From the NCBI GenBank assembly GCA_050575255.1, contig JBNZDD010013443.1:320570-384569 (forward strand): a stretch of 64,000 bases of DNA, written 5' to 3'. Source of the DNA: Harriotta raleighana. Taxonomy: Eukaryota. Of this stretch, positions 12,495 to 25,589 are shown piece after piece. The first letter of the stretch is position 1; each line of letters starts with the position of its first letter. The translations under genes and the position numbers were made by a program. Below the pieces are notes generated by a model. That model did no database searches and had not been told where the DNA came from. It was given only the letters and a program-made list of their open reading frames with translations.

Positions 12495-13309
12495 ATGGCG
12501 AGAGCCTCGATAGGCTGGAATGAAGCCTTGGGGTTGATTTGAGTTTACAAACAAGCTGGGATTGCATTAAAACTATTTTTGCAACAATCTCAGATAGTGC
12601 TTCTGCTTCAAGTTTCAATGTTAACATTTCTATCCAAGTATCTGTTATAAGTCATCATTGTATCAATAGATGCACCATTGAATACTCTGTCACTATTTCC
12701 CGAGATGAAGTCTAGATGAAGTCAACATCCTGTCAACCTGCCACAGGACCACTTTTGAACATCTTGTCTAGGCATTTAGATATTCTGTCAGTATTTCCAC
12801 ATAAAGGTACCACAATGGATTCATCCTCACCCTTGTAGGTTTTTCCAGTGCACTAATTCCCACAGCCAGTCACAACTTTTGACACCTTTATCAATATTTC
12901 AGTGGAAACTACAGTACCTTTGGATGCATTGGCAGTATTTCTGGAAATCTTTGAATATTTAGCATTCCACACATGTATGTAAGGTGGTAGTGAAGTCTAA
13001 CCCATTAATCTTAAGATCTGTCGAGTAGAAGTTTAGTTGCGTTAGTTTATGCTGGTGTATCGCATCTTTTCACTAAGTGCACATACTCTGAATAACTTGT
13101 TGAATCATAGAATGGACACAAAAGGCTTCATGTAAAAGTCTCAAAATAGATGAAGTGATCATCTATACTTTGGGCACATACTTCGAAAGTTTAGAATACT
13201 TCTTACTGCTTTATATTCAGTGGTTTGTAATGTAATGGCTGGCTCTGTCCATTTGTACGGTTCGTGCACAAGCTCTGTTGGTAACAATACCTGTTCGTAG
13301 ACTAAAATA

Positions 13310-13610
13310 GAAAGGTTCCCAGATTGCATTCCCCAGTCAGTGGAGTTACTTGTTCTAATCTGGGGTGGCAGGTGAGCATTGACCTTAGTTCTCCTATGGC
13401 TAGGAAAGGGGGAAAAGTAAGATAGAGTTTAATCAACCGCTAGCCAATTACCTCCTGGTCTGTTCCCACCAAAAGACTCCCATCGCCTGTGTAGATGTTG
13501 AATGAGAAGCCTTGGTTGTCATGCCTCTAACGCTTGAGTAATCTGCCAGCACTCAATATGCTAGTGCATCAAGAATTGCTACTTAGGTGAGATACTGGAG
13601 GACAGCCATC
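13310..13610 (+). mobile_element. Ancient AmnSINE2-like relic
   Basis: Degenerate match, in opposite orientation, to 14515-14840 and 10580-10850. Confidence 0.4.
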
Positions 13611-14514
13611 AGATAATATTTATTGGTCAGTAATCCTTCAGGGACAGAGGGGACAAAAATTGGAAGGGAAAGAAAAATAATTGAAAAGATAACTCTATAA
13701 TCCATAAGTAATGAAGTCCTGAATGGATTATGTAGATTTTTTCCAATGAACTGAATAAACCCAGGATATGGAATGCAGGTATTTTCACTTCTCCATTTCA
13801 TTATAGTTTTTAATGAGTAAAATGTGAGTCTGTAATATCATCCTGTAGGAACTATTAAAGGTCATGCACTATAGGTGGATAATAGGTTGACCTGGATTGT
13901 AAATGATTGCATAATTACCATTAATGGCATTCAGTTGCAGGTAAGGCAGGGGATGGGGTTGGGATAGTTTCTGCTGAAGGAGTCATTTTGGCCAACTTGA
14001 TCTCCTTGAGATTGACCATCGTGCTGTAGCAAGACGTTGCACTGAAGACTTAGCCAAGAACTCACAGAACATAGCCCAGTATGAAAGGTCAAATAACAGC
14101 CAGTCCTGTTTAAGAACCAGTTGTACCAGAGTCTGCAGTCTGAGACGCCCTGTAATGTACTTTTCATAAGAACAGCTCAGTGTATTGCCACAGTTTTGTC
14201 TTCAAAGGAGGTACATTAGGTGTACACTTATATAAAACATCAGCTTAAGCATTAGCCAGGAATACAATGAATGTTTCTGAGACCTATTTTTAACAGAACA
14301 CAGTTGGGAAATGATGCAGTGGCTTCCGACACAATGTACACAAGAGGAATTGCTCCATGGGTTAGTTATTCATCTTCGAATTGAGGGCAATTTTGCCACT
14401 TTAGTGATTTAGAAATAATAGAAATCGTATATCCTGTGAAGAGTTTTGACGTGATAAGGAGTCATGTCATATGCAAGGATTATTATTATTATCTTTCCCT
14501 CTGTCTGAAGAAGG

Positions 14515-14840
14515 GAACTTGCTGGGGTATGGGTCCATGGGTAACAGGCATCTTCTGGTACCACACCCAAACAACCCTTTTCTGTGTGTGAATCTGGACA
14601 GTGATTCTGCAGTGGCTGGATGAGCTGAATGACATCCTCTTGATTGTACTATCCAAGGAGTTATTAGTATGTAGAGTTTCACATCTGAGTCCAATACTGT
14701 TCTTACCCACATAAGGGCTAACCAGCAAACCACTACACAAAATGAGTATAGAATGGAAACCCTGTCTTGCGTTTTTTTTTAGCCAACCCAGAGTGATCTG
14801 GGCCCAACATTATCACCAGAGACTGAGATTCGCCATCGCA
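14515..14840 (-). mobile_element. Ancient AmnSINE2-like relic
   Basis: TTGCTGGGGTATGGGTCCATGG...CTGGTACC...TGTGTGAATCTGGACAGTGA block shared with the other relics. Confidence 0.5.
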
Positions 14841-15977
14841 AAGAGAACAAAACATCAGAGAACTACTTCAAAAGTGATAGGACTCAGGTTCCATCTCCTA
14901 TTTCATTCAGCTTGAGATGCTGAGACAACAAACTCTGACCATCCTTTGCCCTGCTCTAATAAGTAATTACAAAATCAGACACAGTCATTCTCGGACTGGT
15001 GACAGGGCTGGCAGATTGGCTGAAATTATTTGCTGATCAATGGTACAATCCAGTATAATTTACAATTATACAATGCATTTCAAATCAAGAGAAGATCTAA
15101 TAGCACCGTTAATGTTTGTAATCTTTAGAAATTAGCCTGTTAGGCACTAGATGTTCAGGACAACCTCTTTCATATTTACTGATTTACATATTTTCAGACT
15201 TAATATTATGTTCCATTCTTCATGGAATGTAAATTATGGAGAAGGAAAAGAAATGAGAAAAAGTGGGCAAATACCATCATAACCACTAGCATATGTCCTG
15301 TATATGGCTGGTTGCTTGTGATATTTCAATGCAGTCGTATCTAATTGCAATGAAATTAAGAACATATCTGGCTGCACTGTGCTGCATGTTTTTAGTTGAT
15401 TAAACGCCCGCATTGAGTACTGTACATCAAATTGTATTTGGGCTCCTTGTGTCTTGGCTTCTGACGATACACATGTTATCTGCACAAGAACAAGTGGTAG
15501 GCCGGTGTGCTAATCTCTCACTCTGCTGGAATAGTCTACCCTCCTGGAATTAAACAAACAGAAACCATGCTTTCGTGATGGCAAGCACAGCAATTTGTGT
15601 GCTTATGTGGAGACTCCTGGCTAAACCCGAGACAGTCTTTATCGAGCAAAAAATTGTGCAACTTGATAAAACTTGACATCTCTCTTTGTTCCTCCAGGAA
15701 CAGTTCAAAAACATTCCTTTAAAAGAGGCTTTGCTAGGCAATGGTGGGGATAAACGATAAGGGAATAGAGTGAGGATCTTACCAATGCAAAACACCTTTA
15801 TCACAGTTATGTATTTATCGAGTATACAGGTCCATCAACTCTTTGATCAGTAACGCATAATTGTACTGACTTCAAAGTGAAGGCCATATCAGCTCCAGAA
15901 TTTGTTATGATGCATGGCTCTTATTTATAATGTAAAGATACTTATGGTAAAACCCCTTCAAGAATCTAAGTACTGTA

Positions 15978-17422
15978 CAGTAAAAGCTTGTTTATCCGGC
16001 ACCCAACCAACCAGAACACTCAACCCCAATCAGTATCTCCCAATACAATTCACCGTTCCTGCAAACAGATCTCATACCAGAGCCATCCGGGACACTCGCG
16101 AGTATGCTCACTTTGCGCATGCGTGCAATGCGTGCACATGCGCACTTATTAAATTTAACGAACGCTGGAATTTTTATTTTACCAAATTTGCTGGAATGCT
16201 TCATTGGTAAATATCCATACAATATTCTGTTATTATTTAGTCTATTATTAATATAGAATCATAGAATTTTACGGTACAAAANNNNNNNNNATCACCTCAC
16301 ACTTCTCTGCATTAAACTTTATCTGCCATGTGTCTGCCCACTTTACCATTTTATCTATATCTTCTTGCAGATAGTTTCTATCCTCCTCACTATTTACTAT
16401 TCTTCCTAACTTAGTATCAACTGCAAACTTGGAAACTGTGCTCCCTACACCCAAGTCCAGATAATTAATATATATTAAAAAGAGCAGTGATCTCAAAACC
16501 GATCCCTGGGGGACGCCACTGCACATTTCCCTCCAGTGTGAAAAGCAGCCGCTCACCACAACTCTCTGCTTTCTGTCTCACAGCCAGTTGTGGATCCATG
16601 CTGTCACTGTCCCTTTGATGCCGTGGGCCTCTACTTTCCTAATAAGCCTCTCATGCAGCACTTTGTCAAATACCTTTTGAAAGTCCATTTAAATTACATC
16701 AACTGCACTACCTTCGTCCACCCATTCTGTTACATCGTTGAAAAATTCTGTCAGATTTGTAAGGCAAGATTTGCTTTTAACAAATCCGTGCTGGCTATCC
16801 TTTATTAGCCTATATCTTTCTAAGTGAAGATCTATCCTATTCCTGATTATAGACTAAAAGTTTGCCCATTACCGACGTTAGACTGACTGGTCTGTAGTTC
16901 CCAGGTTTGTCTTTCACCCCCTTTTTATACAGTGGAGTAATATTAGCAACTTTCCAGTCCTCTGGCACCAATCCTGGTCCAAGGAAGATTGAAAGATTGT
17001 GACCAGAGCCTCTGCTATTTGCTCCCGTACTTCCCTCAGTAACCCAGGATCCCATCCGGACCGGATGACTTATCTACCTTGAGTGCCGTCAACCTTTTTA
17101 GTACTTCCTCTCTCTTTATACGAATCTAATCCAATTCTCCTACCTTCTCCTCGAACACTGTAGCATTGGCTGCATCCTCTTCTCTTGTGAAGACAGATGC
17201 AGAGTACTCATTCAGTACCTCAGTCATGCCCTCTGCCTCTACAATAAGATTTCCTCCTTGGCCCCTAATTGGCCCCAGCCTACCTTTGACCAATCTGGTT
17301 TGTTTTAAAATAAGGTAATTTTTTGTGTAGGATTTTCGGCAACTTGCCACTCGAATCCCAGCATATTTAATTAACCTGCAATGGTCAGATCCTGAGGGTG
17401 CCGGATAAACAAGCTTTTACTG
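15978..17422. mobile_element. Tigger/pogo-like MITE interrupted by a CR1 insertion
   Basis: Perfect 27 bp TIR CAGTAAAAGCTTGTTTATCCGGCACCC (15978-16004) with its reverse complement at 17396-17422; TA on the left flank; internal homology to 44572-44968. Confidence 0.9.
16255..17297 (-). mobile_element. CR1 LINE fragment (RT region, disrupted) with 3' microsatellite tail and a 9-N gap
   Basis: Minus-strand peptides VPEDWKVANITPLYKKG.KDKPGNYRPVSLTS and SGVPQGSVL..LLFLIYIN...SKFAVDTKLG (FADD mutated to FAVD); AGAATCATAGAAT tail at 16255. Confidence 0.95.
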
Positions 17423-18517
17423 AACCATAATATTACATGCAATGGCACCACGTCTATTTTCTAATTGGTTTTTTGGGGCCTCCCTCTGATCGTTCGTTTG
17501 GTAAAGACACTGTGAAACATAAAGCAAAGAGCAAAAGGCAAGTCAGAGCTTTGTTAGCTGAGCTTTTGTCAGGTTTTTGTAGGGATGAGTGCTACGGTTT
17601 TCTTTCGTGCCCTTGGGCATGAGAAGGCATATTTCAGTCAGGTTTAATAGTAATAATAATCCTTGCATTTGATATATTGCTTTTCACATCTTATCAACAT
17701 CTCAAAACGCTTCACAGAATTTACTATAAAGTGAATTGACTGTATATTTGTGGACGAAATGCGGCAGCCAATTGCANCAGTAACCCAGGATCCCATCCGG
17801 ACCGGATGACTTATCTACCTTGAGTGCCGTCAACCTTTTTAGTACTTCCTCTCTCTTTATACGAATCTTATCCAATTCTCCTACCTTCTCCTCGAACACT
17901 GTAGCATTGGCTGCATCCTCTTCTCTTGTGAAGACAGATGCAGAGTACTCATTCAGTACCTCAGTCATGCCCTCTGCCTCTACAATAAGATTTCCTCCTT
18001 GGCCCCTAATTGGCCCCAGCCTACCTTTGACCAATCTGGTTTGTTTTAAAATAAGGTAATTTTTTGTGTAGGATTTTCGGCAACTTGCCACTCGAATCCC
18101 AGCATATTTAATTAACCTGCAATGGTCAGATCCTGAGGGTGCCGGATAAACAAGCTTTTACTGAACCATAATATTACATGCAATGGCACCACGTCTATTT
18201 TCTAATTGGTTTTTTGGGGCCTCCCTCTGATCGTTCGTTTGGTAAAGACACTGTGAAACATAAAGCAAAGAGCAAAAGGCAAGTCAGAGCTTTGTTAGCT
18301 GAGCTTTTGTCAGGTTTTTGTAGGGATGAGTGCTACGGTTTTCTTTCGTGCCCTTGGGCATGAGAAGGCATATTTCAGTCAGGTTTAATAGTAATAATAA
18401 TCCTTGCATTTGATATATTGCTTTTCACATCTTATCAACATCTCAAAACGCTTCACAGAATTTACTATAAAGTGAATTGACTGTATATTTGTGGACGAAA
18501 TGCGGCAGCCAATTGCA
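17037..18517. other. 740 bp near-identical direct repeat across single N (17777): assembly overlap artefact
   Basis: 17037-17776 equals 17778-18517 (offset 741); one mismatch seen (CTAATCC vs CTTATCC). Both ends cut through repeats exactly at the N. Confidence 0.85.
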
Positions 18518-18710
18518 CACAGCAGTGTCCCACAAACAGTCGTGGATTAAAATCACCAATTTTTATTATTGTGTTTTTTTTGGGACAGATTATTGTTAGG
18601 CGTGTGGAGTAAGGAAATTTGCCCATGGTTTCGCCCTGATCTGCCTGGAATCGAACACAGGTCTTGCGCTTGTAAGGTGAGTGCTCTACCCACTGAGCAA
18701 CAGGACCTCC
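18386..18710 (-). mobile_element. Full-length Deu-SINE
   Basis: tRNA-like head, Deu core, (TTA)n tail. Confidence 0.9.
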
Positions 18711-18937
18711 ATACTCTACAAGGCTTTGGTTGAGAGTGGCATGAGGTATGAAAACCTGCTGGTGAAATGGGCAGTTGGAAAGTGTTCCAACAAACAGCTA
18801 GGAAGTGACTCTCCGATTTTACTTGGGTATATTGTTGGCCAGGGACACCAGGAAAACCCCCTCAAAATGGTTTGAGATTATGATAACTCAATTAAATAGA
18901 TAAATTTAGCTTTGCCACATAACCCATTTGAACTGAT

Positions 18938-20013
18938 GGTTATTAGTGTGAGATAGTAGCAATCCTGTAGATACCTCTTTCAAGTGGTTATTCTTCATGT
19001 GTGGACACTTGTATCAACAGGCTGTTCAAGCATTGGGAGCTTCCGATTGAGGACCGATCCTATCTTTCTTCACGAGTATGGTCCTCTCGATGTGTTCTGC
19101 TTGAGGAACAGGACATTGATTACCAAAGTTGATGCTTTTCTTCTTAGCTTGGAGATGTGAAAGACAATCAAATGACCTATCCTTTCCACCCAGTACATCT
19201 ACATATACACACAAACCCATTGAGGCTAAGATCAGACAACTCAGCACAGATCCAGGATTCGACCTAAGCGTAGCTTGGCTCTGCTGTCACATTGCGCCTT
19301 GGGACGTCCTCCCGACGTGAAAGCCACTCTATAAATGTCATTTTGTTGTTGTTGTGTTTGTTGTTGTATGTGATGCATTTATCCACTGAGTTTTGGGGCA
19401 GGTGATAGGGTGAATATGTTGCTCATCTTGTTTGTTTTGTTTTTATTCTGTAAGTACGTCAAATTGCATTTGAGCTCCTGCCACTACATGTGTTATCAAT
19501 AGTAAGCGTTGGGGTAGGTTGGATAGGGGTACTTACCTTTCACTTTGCTGGGAGAGATTGCACTCCCAGAACTAACAAACACAAACACAAACTCAACTTC
19601 TGTGACGTCTCGATGGTTAGCACTTGTTATGCTTGTGTGGAGACTCCTTGGCTAAACACCAAATAGTCTTACAAACCAACAAATTGCCAGCAAGCGAATC
19701 ATTAATTTTATTTGGGTTACTGATGGCCAAGGACAACAAATACAACAACAACAAAATTACATTTGTACAGCGACACCAGACACCAATATAGAATGCGGTT
19801 TAACAGGTAATAAGGTTATCGTCAGACAAGAGGTGAAAGCGTATTTAAACAAAATGATGGCTCTGTTTCACTTGATAAATGAGCTGCCACACGTATAATA
19901 AGAAACATAAGGTAGGCTGAAACTCTAATGTACCATTTGTGTCATTTGTAAAGAAAGGGCTGGGTAACCAGAACTCAATTCCTGCAAAACTCATCTATCT
20001 CCTCGTGAAATGT
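18938..20013 (+). repeat. Local segmental duplication, copy 1 (~1.07 kb)
   Basis: Colinear with 20871-21924, with many substitutions and indels; contains an AmnSINE2-like relic, an L2 tail and unique DNA. Confidence 0.9.
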
Positions 20014-20299
20014 AACAGTTTCTATCTGTTAATTATCATTTAACCATCATATTATGTAAAACGTTCCAGAATAACTTCACATAACATAAATAGGTCCTGG
20101 CACGAAGGAGAGCCCAATACTAACATGGTTTGGTTTGCACAAAGCCTATATGAAAATCATTCCCTGCTGTGACATTTTTAATGTATAGGTTGTTATACAT
20201 TATGCAAGCCAAAAACAATACCTTCGACATGCATTGAACCCTGCTTCTTCTCTCATCTTAGTCCGGTTTGCTGCATGTTCTCTGCCTTCTCTGCACTGC

Positions 20300-20540
20300 T
20301 TTCAGCGATCAAGCCTCCAGTTGCTACTCCCTGAACCATGGAATTTCCCCATTCGACCACTCCAAGATTGCCCTCTCTGTTTCTGTCTTTTTAAGTCGCA
20401 CCTTAAGTTCTATCTCTTGGAACTCGGCTGTGGCCGCCTCCTCCACTCCCCTCTACATTGTTTGGCATCAAACCGGTCCCTGTAAAGTGCTACAAGACAT
20501 CACCCTACAAGCACTATACAAATGCAAGTTGTTGTTGTTG
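20300..20540 (+). mobile_element. Old L2 3' fragment
   Basis: PEPWNFP...FKSHLKFYLL resembles the L2 C-terminus; (TTG)n tail. Confidence 0.7.
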
Positions 20541-20870
20541 TACAAAATGTGTCAATTGAAAACAAAAGTGTAAATATTCTTAGGAAAACAGGTTTGGAAT
20601 ATTTGTACTACAATATTAACATAATAGAGCAAAACAAAATCAGGGTTTTATTTTGCTTTGAATCCAATTGTAAAAATAAATTGCCCTTTCAAAGTATTCA
20701 TTGAGTTTGCATCCGTCTCCTGATGTCGGCCTTTCAATTGCACAGTCTGTAATATGTAACAACTGCTCATTTTCAGGCTGATATGTGCATGAGATAAATG
20801 CATCCCTCCCTTTTTGCTCTCCCTTCAATTTTTCTCTCTTTTTATGTCTGATCTGTTGATAATTCCTACT

Positions 20871-21924
20871 AGGTATTTGTGTGAGGTAGCGGCAGTCCAC
20901 CTTGTTCAAGTGATTATTCTTCATGTGTGGACACTAGTATCGACAGGCTGTTCAAGGATTGGGATTGGGGACCTATCCTATTTTTCTTCACAAATATGGT
21001 CCTCTCGGTGTGTTCTGCTATGAGGAACCAGACATTGGTTACCCAAATTGATGCTTTTCTCCTTAGCTTAGAAATGTGAAAGTCAACCAAATGACCTGTC
21101 CTTTCCATCCAATACATGCACACACAAACTGTTGAGGCTAAGATCTGACAACTCAGGACAGATGCAGGATTGGACCCAAGCATAGCTTGGCTCTGCTGCC
21201 TCATTGCGCCTTGGGATGTCCTCCCAACATGAAAGCCGCTCTATAAATGTAATTTTGTTGTTGTTGTGGTTGTTGTTGTATGTGATGCATTTATCCACTG
21301 AGTTATGGAGCAGGTGATTGGGAGAATATGCTGGTCATCTTGTTTCTTTTGTTTCTATTCGGTAAGTACAGTACGTCAAATTGCATTTGGGCTCCTGCCA
21401 ATACATGTGTTATCTGGACAACAGTAAGCATTGAGGTAGGTCGGATAGGGGTACTAGAAAACACAACTCAGCTTCCGTGAGGTCTCGATGGTTTGCACAG
21501 CAAAATTTTTATGCTTGTGTGGAGACTCCTGGCTAAACCCCAAAATGTCTTCCAAACCAACAAATTGCTAGGAAGTGAATCATCAATTTTATTTGGGTTA
21601 TTGTTGGCTGGAGCAACCAGGAGAAACTCCCTCATAATAGCTTGAGGTTGTGAAAATTCAATTAAAAAGACAAATTTACAGTTTCGACACATAACCCACT
21701 TTAACTGTGGTTTAACGTGTGATGAAGTTATCGTCAGACAAGAGGTGAACTCATATTTAAACAAGATGATGGCTCTCTTTCAGTTGACAAATGAGCTGCC
21801 ACACGTATAATAAGAATATAAGGCAGGCTGGAACTCTAATGTACCGTTTGTGTCATTTATAAAGAAAGGGTTGGGTAACCAGAACTCATTCCTGCAAAAC
21901 TCATCGTTCTCCTCCGGGAAATGT
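20871..21924 (+). repeat. Local segmental duplication, copy 2
   Basis: Colinear with 18938-20013. Confidence 0.9.
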
Positions 21925-22892
21925 TATGCAGGTTAAGCTGCCAAATTGCGTCCTTTAGAAACTCCTTGAATGCTGCATACTTGTGTAAGTTTTCACAATA
22001 TTGCAAAATGTATGATAGTCATACCAATATTTGTTATGACAGTGGTTAACCAACATGTCTTTACACTGTCTGATGCCAGATTAGCAGGGGGAAAACCGTA
22101 TTCTACTACTCAGTTAAGAGACAAAATGTAATTGATACTGCCCTGACAGGACTAGTTTTAATGCCCAAACAGATTGCCCTGCACATAATGTGTGTTTTGT
22201 GTTTCCTTCTGCTATCTAGCCCTGCGTTTAAATAAACCTCTTATAATCTTCTTAATGAAAGCAACCATTTGAGCTATTTTACTGTTCGGTATTTTGAGAT
22301 GTTTTGTTATTGTTTTGACCTTGACATCTATAAACATGTGTTCCTATTGAGAGAACATTAGAAATTTTAAAACGCTGGAAGCCAGAAGCAAAAAAAGAGA
22401 AATCCGTGTCCGAGACAGAGAAATGGGTCAATATTTCAGTTATCGTTCTTCATCTTTATATAAATATAGCTGACAGGTGTGTTATGATGGGCATTTGTTT
22501 ATGTGCCCCAAGCTCACAGATGAAGAATGAATGCATGTTGGCACGAGTAGGCAGCTAGCGTCTTTGAGACTACACCAATAATGACTCAAACTCAGTGCTG
22601 AGCAGTGATGCTTTGTTCCACTAATTAATGGTCTCATTTTCCGTCTTCCATATCATTTCCCCGAATGTACATGACTACCCTAACCCCCAGCCAAAAAAAA
22701 AGGAACAGAAGAATGTGTGTGCCACCTCTCCCTATCTCATATCCATTCCATTCCCCTTCTCTATCGTAATGCATCACGTTCTTAAAAGAGTCCACACTGT
22801 CCAACTATCCTCTGGAGTTAAATCTGTTTATCTCCCCATCTGAGCTTGATTCCTTGACCACTTGTTGTAGACATTTTGATTATAATGAACAG

Positions 22893-23208
22893 AATAATAA
22901 TTATAATAATCCTTGCATTTGATATAGCGCTTTTCACGTCCTCTAGAAATCTCGGAAGTGCTTCACAGAATATACTGTAAAGTGAATTGACTATATTTGT
23001 GGGTGAAATGTGGCAGCCAATTGCACACAGCAGTGTTCCACAAACAGTCATGGATTGAAATAACCGATTTATTATTGTTTTTTTTGGAGGGATTATTATT
23101 AGGCATGTGGAATAAGGAAACTTGCCCAAGGTTTCGGCCTGCTGGGAATGGAAACCCAAGTCTCTCACTTGTAAGGCGAGTGCTCTAACCATTGAGCTAC
23201 AGGGCTCT
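22893..23208 (-). mobile_element. Full-length Deu-SINE
   Basis: Head, core and tail as for the family. Confidence 0.9.
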
Positions 23209-23624
23209 ACTCCCAAAACATGTTTTGGAATTCAGTCTATTTACCTCTGTAGTCTTTTGAGATGCGGAAAACTTCAATCAGATTACTCCTTAACCTTCTC
23301 CCTTGCAAAGTGAACCATTCAGTTTTATGCTATCACCCAGAATCCTCGGGCACCAAGATAAAACCTAAGACTTTAAAGCAAGCAAAACAAATATCATGTG
23401 GGCCATCTTTTGTTATCTGATACAAGAGCATTATAAGAACATATGAAGACACCGCCAGACCAGGTTGATAAGATGGAAAAATGGGGTTGAAAAATATGAG
23501 ATGATGGTTATCAATGATAATGTTATCACACGATTGAAAATTCTGCAGCAATATTTGGCTCAATGTCAGAATGATTGAATTTACAAAACCACCCAGGTGG
23601 GCCATTTTTCTGCCTGTGGATCAC

Positions 23625-23888
23625 AGCATTACAGCCTTTGGAACTCCATCCTGGTCATTTCACCTCGTCCTCTCCCTTGCCTACTTCAAGGCCGGTCTCA
23701 AGACCCTCTCTTCGATCATGCCTTCTGCTTCCCTCCCAATTCTCTCCCTCCCGTCCTAACTCTCTCCTGCCCCTCCCCCCTATACTGCCCCTCTCCCTTG
23801 CTCAGGTCCCAACCTGACTGTTCAGTGCCTTGGGACGTCCTCCCGACATAAAAGGCACCCTAGAAATGTAATTTTGTTGTTGTTGTTG
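23625..23888 (+). mobile_element. L2 3' end
   Basis: LWNS / FKAGLKT motif, C-rich 3' UTR, (TTG)n tail; same subfamily as 46536-46837. Confidence 0.85.
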
Positions 23889-24014
23889 AAATTTGCTTTA
23901 CAAATGTAATTGGTTATTGTTATTGTATAGGAATATCTGTCTGGGATACTAGTTAACTCATTGTTAAATGTTGAGTTTCAATCATTTTGTCAAGTTGGAA
24001 AGATATTAACTAAA

Positions 24015-24630
24015 ATAATAATAATCCTTGATATAGCGCTTTTCAAATCTGATCGACGTCCCACAGCGCTTCACAGAATATACTGTAAAGTGAATTGATT
24101 GTATATTTGTTGGCGGAATGTGGCAGCCAATTGTGCACAGCAGCGTCGCACAAACAGTCGTGGATTGAAATGACCAATTTCATCATTGTGGTTTTTTTGG
24201 GATGGATTATTATTAGGTGTGTGGAGTAAGGAAACTTGCCCACGGTTTCGCCCTGACCTGCCAGGATTCGAACACAGGTCTCACTCTTGTAAAATGAATA
24301 ATAATAATAATAATCCTTGCATTTGATATAGCGCTTTTCACATCTCATCAACGTCCTAAAGCGCTTCACAGAATATACTGTAAAGTGAATTGACTGTATA
24401 TTTGTGGGCGGAACGCGGCAGCCAATTGCGCACAGCAGTGTCCCACAAACAGTCATAGATTGAAATGACCAATTTTATTATTGTAGTTTTTTTTTGGGAG
24501 GGATTATTATTAGGCATGTGGAGTAAGGAAACTTGCTCAAGGTTTCGCCCTGATCTGCCTGGATTTGAACACAGGTCTCATGCTTGTAAGGCATGTAAGG
24601 CGAGTGCTCTAACCACTGAGCCACAGGAAC
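24015..24630 (-). mobile_element. Two tandem Deu-SINEs (24015-24292 with clipped head; 24296-24630 near full length)
   Basis: Two consecutive colinear copies; the tail of the second abuts the anticodon region of the first. Confidence 0.9.
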
Positions 24631-25031
24631 TATCTCTAGAGGCAGACTTCGAGACAAAGTCTGATGTCACGGTGAGTGTGATAATATCACCAATGATACT
24701 AATTACAACACATTGCATTTTCCTTTTTTATTGTGAAAGGTTTTATTGTTATTAAATAAGCAACAAACTCAAAACACTGCATACAGAACAGAAATGAGAA
24801 GCTTAGTAAATATCTTGTACCAATACAGCATGTTGTACAATACACCAGCAGCCCGCCAACCCCCTTTTCCTGCCCCTCCCCGGACTACTCCCACAATGTG
24901 TGTGTATTTTTGTTCGAGTAGCAGCTGCACGACAGTTGATAAAGAGATAACCCACTAATGAAGGGAAAACTATTGAATGCATTTTATATTTTGTGTAAAT
25001 ATATATGTGTATACCCAGAGGGGGTGAGTAT

Positions 25032-25332
25032 GCATCCTGCGGCCCAGTGGTTAGAGCACTGGCCTTACAAAGGAGAGACCTGGGCTTAATTACAGGCAGA
25101 GTGAAACCTTGAGCAAATTTCCTTACTCCACATGACTGATAATAATCCCTCAAAAAAATAAAAATTGTTCATTTCAATCCCCAATGTTTGTGGGACATTG
25201 CTGTGCACAATTGCTGGGTTTCGCCCACATATTTACAGCCAATTCACTTCACAGTGTATTCTGCAAAGTGCTTTGAGACGTCCAGAAGATGTGAGAAGCG
25301 CAATAACAAATGCAAGGATTATTATTATTATT
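25032..25332 (+). mobile_element. Full-length Deu-SINE
   Basis: CCCAGTGGTTAGAGCACT head through (TTA)n tail. Confidence 0.9.
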
Positions 25333-25589
25333 GATTGTGGTGCTAGAGGGGGTGGGGAATTGGACAAGCACCTAGCCATTATCACAACAAGTGAGGTTGT
25401 ACTGAAGGATGATGAGGAGGACAGGAGGGGAGGGTGAAATGGAGGACCAACTGGAACAAAAAAACATTTCCAGATCTGATACACGGTCATCAAGATGAGG
25501 ATTTTGTAGAACAGCAGGAGGGTGAAGAGAGGATTTCAATGGTCCATTAAAGAAGAAATGGAGATACACCTTGACTGGGAGCCACTCGT

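Noticed and set aside
17037-18517. Apparent recent 740 bp tandem duplication with duplicated ORFs
   Set aside because: The copies are nearly identical and meet exactly at a single N; this is typical of unmerged contig or haplotype overlap.
24043-24456. Recurrent Cys-rich peptide CGTLLCAIGC...IHFTVYSVK in many ORFs
   Set aside because: It is a translation of the non-coding SINE core, not a repeated protein domain.
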